DNA of 12,394 nucleotides, taken from assembly GCA_964584035.1 (NCBI GenBank), contig CAZOYL010000077.1, positions 1-12,394 of the forward strand, read 5' to 3'. Made by a program: the position numbers and the translations under genes. This document shows positions 6,951 to 12,394 of this stretch, in pieces (the stretch's first letter is position 1; each line of letters begins with the position of its first letter). Below the pieces are notes generated by a model. It was not told the origin of the DNA and did no database searches. It saw only the letters and a list, made by a program, of their open reading frames with translations. The stretch comes from an uncultured Gemmatimonadota bacterium (GTDB lineage Bacteria > SM23-81).

Positions 6951-8126
6951 CTATTCTGATCCTCCATCCGATTTCCTGCTCTGCACCATCCGCGTTATCT
7001 CGGCCCGGGTCATCTGTCTGGCCCAGCGATCGGCTTCCTGGATCTGTTCCAGATTGGGATGCGGAACCAGCCGATGCTGAGCCATGGTCTCCCGGATAAC
7101 CTCGGGAATATCGGTGAAGCGAATGTGCCCCTTGAGGAAAGCCGGTACGGCCACTTCATTGGCCGCATTAAGAACCGCCGGCATGCTGCCGCCCGACTCG
7201 GCCGCCTGGCGAGCCAACCGCAGGCAGGGAAATTTCACCGGATCGGGCTTTTGGAAGGTCAGGGCACCGACGTCAGCCAGATCCAGGATTCCCTGAGAAC
7301 TCCGGGCCCGGTGAGGATAGGTCAGGGCGTACTGAATGGGCATGCGCATATCCGGAACGCTCAATTGCGCCAGAAGGGTATTATCGGAGAATTCCACCAG
7401 CGAATGAACGATGGACTGCTGGTGAATGAGCACATCGATTCTCGACAGGGGAATTCCAAACAGCCAGTGGGCCTCGATGATCTCCAGCCCCTTGTTCATC
7501 AACGTGGCGCTGTCGATGGTCACCTTACTGCCCATATCCCAGGTGGGATGCGACAGAGCCTGCTGGGGAGAGACCGTTCGCAGCTCCTCGGCGCTGAAGG
7601 AAAAAAATGGACCCCCTGAGGCCGTCAGGATGATGCGTTTGACACTCTCCGGCCTTCGGCCCTCGAGACACTGATAGATGGCACTGTGCTCGCTGTCCAC
7701 CGGGATGAGTCTGCCCCGGCTTTTCCGGACCGTGTCCATGACCAGCTCACCGCCTAAAACCAGGCTTTCCTTATTGGCCAGGGCGATGTGTTTTCCAGCC
7801 TCCAGAGCCTTCAGGGTCGGCACCAGGCCGACAGCACCCACCAGGGCATTGAGAACGATATCGGCCTCCGGCATGGCGGCGACCGCCTCCAACCCTTCCC
7901 TTCCTACCAGGATATCTGCTTTCAAAGAGCCCAGTTGGGGTACCAGTTCGGGATCCCCGATGACGACCTTTCGGGGCCTGAATTCCTCCGCCTGTTGGCG
8001 CAGCAGGGCGACATTTCGCTGGGCCGTCAGGGCACAGACCGAAAAACGATCCTTGAGCCGTCTCAGGACATCCAGCGCGTTGGTGCCGATGGATCCCGTT
8101 GAGCCCAGAATGGTGACCTGCTGCAT
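6951..8126 (-). CDS. dxr: 1-deoxy-D-xylulose 5-phosphate reductoisomerase
   Basis: ILGSTGSIG, LANKESL, PVDSEHSAI, LTASGGPF, HPTWDMGSKVTIDSATLMNKGLE, NAANE. Confidence 0.99.
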   Translation of the reverse strand: MQQVTILGSTGSIGTNALDVLRRLKDRFSVCALTAQRNVALLRQQAEEFRPRKVVIGDPELVPQLGSLKADILVGREGLEAVAAMPEADIVLNALVGAVGLVPTLKALEAGKHIALANKESLVLGGELVMDTVRKSRGRLIPVDSEHSAIYQCLEGRRPESVKRIILTASGGPFFSFSAEELRTVSPQQALSHPTWDMGSKVTIDSATLMNKGLEIIEAHWLFGIPLSRIDVLIHQQSIVHSLVEFSDNTLLAQLSVPDMRMPIQYALTYPHRARSSQGILDLADVGALTFQKPDPVKFPCLRLARQAAESGGSMPAVLNAANEVAVPAFLKGHIRFTDIPEVIRETMAQHRLVPHPNLEQIQEADRWARQMTRAEITRMVQSRKSDGGSE

Positions 8127-8161
8127 TCTGCCCCACTCTGCAAAAAGAATGTATTTTTTGT

Positions 8162-8190
8162 AAAATACGAATCGCTTCTTCAGAAAACAA
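8162..8190 (-). promoter_or_regulatory. Candidate sigma70-type promoter for the dxr-ffh-rpsP block
   Basis: Minus strand TTGTTT (8190-8185), 17-nt spacer, TATTTT (8167-8162), in an AT-rich patch 35 nt upstream of the dxr ATG. Confidence 0.45.
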
Positions 8191-8248
8191 GAAAAAACTC
8201 ACGCCTCTTCGAACTTCCGGTGCGTGACTCACGGGGAGATCCCTCGAT

Positions 8249-8275
8249 AATAAAAAATCTGCCCGGCGGGCAGAT
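8249..8275 (-). terminator. Intrinsic terminator of the hydrogenase/Mrp operon
   Basis: Minus strand ATCTGCCC-GCC-GGGCAGAT followed by TTTTTATT, 27 nt after the hycI stop. Confidence 0.85.
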
Positions 8276-8302
8276 CCGCAATGATCATTCATTGGGAATG
8301 GA

Positions 8303-8773
8303 TCAGCTGTCAGAGCTCAACGCATCCTCCAGCCATCGCTGCAGCCTACGGCATCCCTCCCTCACTTCCGGACTCATATCTTCACCGAAACCAAGCTGTT
8401 TCGGCTGGATGGCCACTAACAGAACGTTGGCTCCGGTGTCCTGTGAAATGAGATCGGCAAACAGTTTTAATGAGATGCTGTGAGAGGAGAATCCCCCGCC
8501 ACGCCACCGTGAGGAGTCGATCACGGCGATGGCGCCCGGCTGGCCCGAAAAATCGGCCGTGTCCAGCACCAGAACTGTCTCCGGCCGCTCCCGACGGATC
8601 GGTTTGAGGTAATTCTCGGGAACAATGCCGCAGTCGAACAGAGGAACTCCCACCCTACCCCGCAACTTCTCGATCATGGCCGGCCCGAACCCATCATCCC
8701 CCTTCATCGGGTTTCCCACCCCGACGATAACCACCCGACCGGTGAGGTGATCGCTCAACCGGGCGAGCTCCAT
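8303..8773 (-). CDS. hycI: Hydrogenase maturation endopeptidase, HycI type
   Basis: VIVGVGNPMKGDDGFG, DCGIVPENY, VLDTADFSGQPG, SSHSISL, AIQPKQLGFGEDMSPEV. Confidence 0.92.
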   Translation of the reverse strand: MELARLSDHLTGRVVIVGVGNPMKGDDGFGPAMIEKLRGRVGVPLFDCGIVPENYLKPIRRERPETVLVLDTADFSGQPGAIAVIDSSRWRGGGFSSHSISLKLFADLISQDTGANVLLVAIQPKQLGFGEDMSPEVREGCRRLQRWLEDALSSDS

Positions 8774-8774
8774 G

Positions 8775-9389
8775 TCAGCCCCATTCCTCCGTCTGAATCA
8801 GCTTGCGGCGGCAACTGGGACACAACCAGCGCATGTTATCGGACCTGCTCAGCGGCCGATCTTCCCGTTCGGGCACATCCTCGACCAATCCCATCTTCTC
8901 CCAGGCCGCCAGCATTAAATTGGGATTGGTATAGGCCATGGGCCCCAATCGCTGAGCGATCCACTCAAGATGCTTCCGGGCGGTGATGAATTCTCCGCAG
9001 TGATCGCAGGTCAGCAGCTCTCCCTCGACCGTCTCCAGGGCCTGGTTGTGATCGAAAAGGGCCAGGTCATAATCATTGCTCAGGGTGATCCCCTTGCCGG
9101 TGATACAGGCCCGCTGGCACTGGCCGCAGAAAATGCAGATATCGTAATGCAAAACCATCCGGCGCACCGCGCTGCCGTCCTCCCGGCGCTCCTGAACCAT
9201 CTCGATGGCTCCGGGCGGGCAGACCTCGGCACAGGCCCCGCAGAGCACGCAGTCGTCTACGGAGTACTTGGGCTTGCCCCGGTAACGCTTCGACAGCGGT
9301 GTCGGAGCTTTGGGAAATTTGGCCGTATAGGGTCCCTGAAGGAGGGCGGTGACCGCTTCCTTCAGTTCTCGCAACTTCGGTTTTTTCAA
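8775..9389 (-). CDS. 2x[4Fe-4S] subunit, NuoI/HycF/MbhN-like, with extra C-terminal Cys pairs
   Basis: PYTAKFP..RYRGKP, CVLCGACAEVCP, CIFCGQCQRAC, plus CDHC and CPSC; TTG start with SD GGGAGG. Confidence 0.9.
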   Translation of the reverse strand: MKKPKLRELKEAVTALLQGPYTAKFPKAPTPLSKRYRGKPKYSVDDCVLCGACAEVCPPGAIEMVQERREDGSAVRRMVLHYDICIFCGQCQRACITGKGITLSNDYDLALFDHNQALETVEGELLTCDHCGEFITARKHLEWIAQRLGPMAYTNPNLMLAAWEKMGLVEDVPEREDRPLSRSDNMRWLCPSCRRKLIQTEEWG

Positions 9390-9407
9390 GTGAACGACCT
9401 CCCGGGT

Positions 9408-9746
9408 CTATTTATCGAGCTGCCCCTCGGAATCCTCGGCGTATTTATCCATGATGCTGCCGGACCACAGTTTGACGCCGGAGCGGTGCGCGCCCCGGGC
9501 CAGCGCATGGGCCCCGGTCGGTGAGGTTAACAGGATGAACACTGCGCACAACAACGCCTTGATACCCATGGCTCCGCCGGAATGAATCATCACGCCCAGC
9601 AGAATGAGACAGGTGCCCAGGGTGACACACTTGGTGGCGCCCTGCAAGCGGTTATAGATATCCGGAAGCCTGGCCAGCCCGATGCAGCCGAAGATATCGA
9701 AGACCACGCCCACGGATATGATCACGATGCCGATCGTCTCATTCAT
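9408..9746 (-). CDS. mrpG: Mrp/Mnh antiporter subunit G-like (MbhC-like)
   Basis: GCIGLARLPDIYNRLQGATKCVTLG, LLTSPTGAHALARGA. Confidence 0.92.
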   Translation of the reverse strand: MNETIGIVIISVGVVFDIFGCIGLARLPDIYNRLQGATKCVTLGTCLILLGVMIHSGGAMGIKALLCAVFILLTSPTGAHALARGAHRSGVKLWSGSIMDKYAEDSEGQLDK

Positions 9747-9993
9747 CGAAACCCCTTCCCTCCAAAAATTTGGCCAGAGCGATGGTGCCGATGAAACTCA
9801 ACAGGGCCCAGGAAATGGCGATATTCATATACCAGTCTTTGCCTGTTAAGATGGCCGTCAAGGCGCAAAAACCCACCACCAGAGTTCCCAGAATGTCGAT
9901 GCCCACGGTCCGATCCGGAGGCGTCGGACCCATGCCGATGCGGTACAGGCAGAGAAAACAGCACACGATCAGAAGGACAAACAGGGCAATCAT
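9739..9993 (-). CDS. mrpF: Mrp/Mnh antiporter subunit F-like (MbhB-like)
   Basis: LYRIGMGPTPPDRTVGID, ALLSFIGTIALAKFLE; ATGA overlap with mrpE. Confidence 0.92.
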   Translation of the reverse strand: MIALFVLLIVCCFLCLYRIGMGPTPPDRTVGIDILGTLVVGFCALTAILTGKDWYMNIAISWALLSFIGTIALAKFLEGRGFDE

Positions 9994-10478
9994 TCGAATA
10001 TTCTCCTGAGGATACGCTCAAACCGGCGAACGATGATACCGGTTTCCTCCTGGGGGTCTTCGGTGGTGATGTTGATCCAGTGGATGTACAGGTGATCGCC
10101 GATAATATCGACCGTCAGGGTGCCCGGCGTCAGCGTGATGGAGTTGGCCAGAAAGGTTCGGCCCATCTCGCTCTTCAGAGTCGTTCTCACCTTGACGATG
10201 CCGGGACGAATGGGCATGTCGGGATGGAGCACGCGGTAGGCCACATCCAGGTTGGCGCAGATGACGTAATAGAAAAAGATCGGCAGATAGATCAGGAACC
10301 AGAAATATCGCGCCGGCTGCACTAATTTCTGAGATCCCTGAAGGAACATATCGTGCAGCAGAAGACTCAGCAGCAGAGCCAGGGCCAGCCCCACGATCAG
10401 CTCCTGGGGGTTCAAAGACCAGGTCAGCAACAGCCACATGATAAAGATGATCAGAAATTGAAAGATTCTATTGGCCAT
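9990..10478 (-). CDS. mrpE: Mrp/Mnh antiporter subunit E-like (MbhA-like)
   Basis: ANLDVAYRVLHP..IRPGIV, LANSITLTPGTLTVD, LYIHWI. Confidence 0.93.
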   Translation of the reverse strand: MANRIFQFLIIFIMWLLLTWSLNPQELIVGLALALLLSLLLHDMFLQGSQKLVQPARYFWFLIYLPIFFYYVICANLDVAYRVLHPDMPIRPGIVKVRTTLKSEMGRTFLANSITLTPGTLTVDIIGDHLYIHWINITTEDPQEETGIIVRRFERILRRIFE

Positions 10479-10515
10479 CGACAGTGTCCTTTTCTTTCAT
10501 GGCCTAAAGCCGGAC

Positions 10516-11994
10516 TTAAATACCGAATACCTTCTGCGCGTAAGCGGTGCCCTCCAAAAGGGCATCTCTGGCCGGATTCAGAACGGTGCTGGCCAGATAA
10601 GGGTACAGCAAACCCATGGCCAGGCACATCAGCGCCAGCACCACCAGGGAAAACCTCATCAGGTAGGGAACTTCTCTCACTTTCGAGAGATTGGCCGGCA
10701 GATCGCCGAAGAACAGGTTACGTTGCACCCTCATGAAATACAGGATGGTCAGGAAGCTCACCGCCACGGCCACGGTTGCCAGAAGATATTGCCTGGCCTG
10801 AATCAGGGCTATCACGATGATCAGCTTGCTCCAGAAACCGTTCAGCGGAGGAATTCCCGAGATGGACAAAAATCCCACCGCTGCCGTGGTGGTGCTCACC
10901 GGCATGTTGCGGCTAAGTCCTCCCATGCGGCTGAGTTTTCTCGTCTCGGTGCCATACTCAATGGCTCCCGATGAAAGGAACAGCAGCGATTTAAAGGTGG
11001 CGTGGTTGATCAGATGAAACAGTCCACCGAGAATTCCCAGGGGCGTGCCCAGGGCAATGCCGACCACCACATATCCGATCTGGCTGATGCTGGAATAGGC
11101 CAGCAGCCGTTTCAAGTCGTCCTGACCGATGGCCAGCAAGCCGCCCACGACCATTGAGAGTCCCCCCAGCGTCATCAGCACCGAGGAGATAAACGGAGAA
11201 AGACCGAAGATGTTGAAAATCAAACGCATCAGGGTATAAACCCCCAGGGCCTTGATGAGCACGCCGGAGAGCATGGCCGAGATCGGCGCCGGAGCCGCCG
11301 GATGAGCATCGGGCAGCCAGGGATGAAAGGGCACCAGGGCTGCCTTAAGACCGAATCCCATGATGAACAGAGCGGTGGCGAACAACACGGCGCTGTTGGA
11401 GGTCATCTCTCCGACGGTGCGGGAGACGTCGGCCATGTTCAGGGTCCCGGTAAGGCCATAGATGATGGCGATGCCCAGCAGCAGAAAGGTGGAGGCCACG
11501 CCGCTTAAAATCAGATATTTAAAGGAAGCCTCCAGCTCCTCATGCTCGCATCCGAAGGCCACCAGAGCATAGGAGGCCAGAGAGGCGATCTCCAGAAAAA
11601 CGAACAGGTTGAAAAAATCTCCGGTCAGCACGACGCCGTTCATCCCGGCCACCATGAGCATGAACAGGGCGAAGAACTTCGGTTTGGACGTATAACGGTC
11701 CATGTACCGCACTGAGAAGATAATGGTTAGAAAGGCAATGATGCTGATGGTCAGCAACAGCAGGGTGCTGAGACCATCGGAGACCAGAACGATCCCCCAG
11801 GGCGGCGCCCAATTTCCCATTCGATAGACGCCCGGCTGCCGGCCGACCATGCTGAGGGTGAAGATCACCAGGCACAGAGAGGATAGAAAAGCCATCGGGC
11901 TTCCGATTCTTCTCCACAGTTTGGCCAGGATGAGAATCAGGAAAGCGGCCGCCAGCGGCACGGCAATGAACAGGGGAAGAAGGTGATTCATCAA
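10516..11994 (-). CDS. mrpD: Mrp antiporter subunit D / MbhH-like proton-translocating membrane subunit (start TTG 11994 or ATG 11991)
   Basis: GNWAPPWGIVLVSD, TGDFFNLFVFLEI, KAALVPFHPWLPDAHPAAPAPISAMLSG, LKRLLAYSSISQIG, NHATFKSLLFL, GIPPLNGFWSK; SD GAGGAG at 12001-12006. Confidence 0.93.
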   Translation of the reverse strand: MMNHLLPLFIAVPLAAAFLILILAKLWRRIGSPMAFLSSLCLVIFTLSMVGRQPGVYRMGNWAPPWGIVLVSDGLSTLLLLTISIIAFLTIIFSVRYMDRYTSKPKFFALFMLMVAGMNGVVLTGDFFNLFVFLEIASLASYALVAFGCEHEELEASFKYLILSGVASTFLLLGIAIIYGLTGTLNMADVSRTVGEMTSNSAVLFATALFIMGFGLKAALVPFHPWLPDAHPAAPAPISAMLSGVLIKALGVYTLMRLIFNIFGLSPFISSVLMTLGGLSMVVGGLLAIGQDDLKRLLAYSSISQIGYVVVGIALGTPLGILGGLFHLINHATFKSLLFLSSGAIEYGTETRKLSRMGGLSRNMPVSTTTAAVGFLSISGIPPLNGFWSKLIIVIALIQARQYLLATVAVAVSFLTILYFMRVQRNLFFGDLPANLSKVREVPYLMRFSLVVLALMCLAMGLLYPYLASTVLNPARDALLEGTAYAQKVFGI

Positions 11995-12049
11995 AAACAG
12001 CTCCTCTAGAGGATCACATCAAACCATCCGACGAGCGGCCATAGCCTCC

Positions 12050-12394
12050 TCAGCCCCTCAGCTTGCGAATCTCGCTCATATCGAAGGTGCCGTAACGTTC
12101 GTATAGCCGGATGCACAGGGCCACCATCAGGGCGGTGGTACCCAGGCCGATGACGATCGAGGTGAGCACCAGGGCCTGCGGAAGAGGATCGACGGCGTTG
12201 GCCACGAACTGCGTTTTGCTCATGCCCTTGCTGAAAATTGGGGCGATCCCGCCCTGCTTATAGCCGACCAGGATGAGAAACAGGTTGACGGCCTATTCCA
12301 TGGTAAACACGGCGATACGCTTCTGGATGATGTTCTTCAAGGCCACCAGGCAATAGAGGCCCAGCACGAACAGGAACGTGGTCAGAAGATACAC
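12050..12394 (-). CDS. mrpC: Mrp antiporter subunit C / MbhG-like, with in-frame TAG at 12293-12295; start at or just beyond the window edge
   Basis: Manual translation: VYLLTTFLFVLGLYCLVALKNIIQKRIAVFTME*AVNLFLILVGY...AVDPLPQALVLTSIVIGLGTTALMVALCIRLYERYGTFDMSEIRKLRG. DPLPQALVLTxIVI is the MrpC signature. Not in the ORF track. Confidence 0.88.

Noticed and set aside
166..11917. Remaining plus-strand and alternative-frame ORFs in the track
   Set aside because: They lie antisense to or out of frame with well-supported genes or the structured spacers, and show no recognisable protein motifs.
12019..12042. 7-aa mini-ORF MAARRMV behind AGGAGG between mrpC and mrpD
   Set aside because: Only 2 nt between AGGAGG and ATG, too close for normal initiation; no other support.
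1..12394. Alternative genetic code with TAG reassigned
   Set aside because: Five genes in the window end in TAG, including rplS and khpA at their expected C-termini.

Overview
GC-rich bacterial window in which every supported gene lies on the minus strand. In transcription order (right to left) it holds three blocks. (1) The 3' end of an Mrp-antiporter-linked, group 4 [NiFe]-hydrogenase-type operon: mrpC-D-E-F-G-like, a NuoI/HycF-like Fe-S subunit and a HycI protease, ending in a terminator. (2) A housekeeping block: dxr-ffh-rpsP-khpA-rimM-trmD-rplS-rnhB, also ending in a terminator. (3) An accessory unit cut off by the left edge that looks like an uncharacterised RRE-dependent RiPP (ribosomally synthesised, post-translationally modified peptide) cluster. 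It comprises a possible sigma54-type promoter, a GT4-fold protein lacking the usual catalytic motifs, a 45-aa precursor-like peptide with a perfect Shine-Dalgarno, acidic FxxPxM leader and Thr/Cys-containing hydrophobic core, a GC hairpin, and the 5' part of a PqqD/RRE-like gene absent from the ORF track. The mrpC-like gene at the right edge has an in-frame TAG. All calls come from motif recognition by eye; no searches were run.
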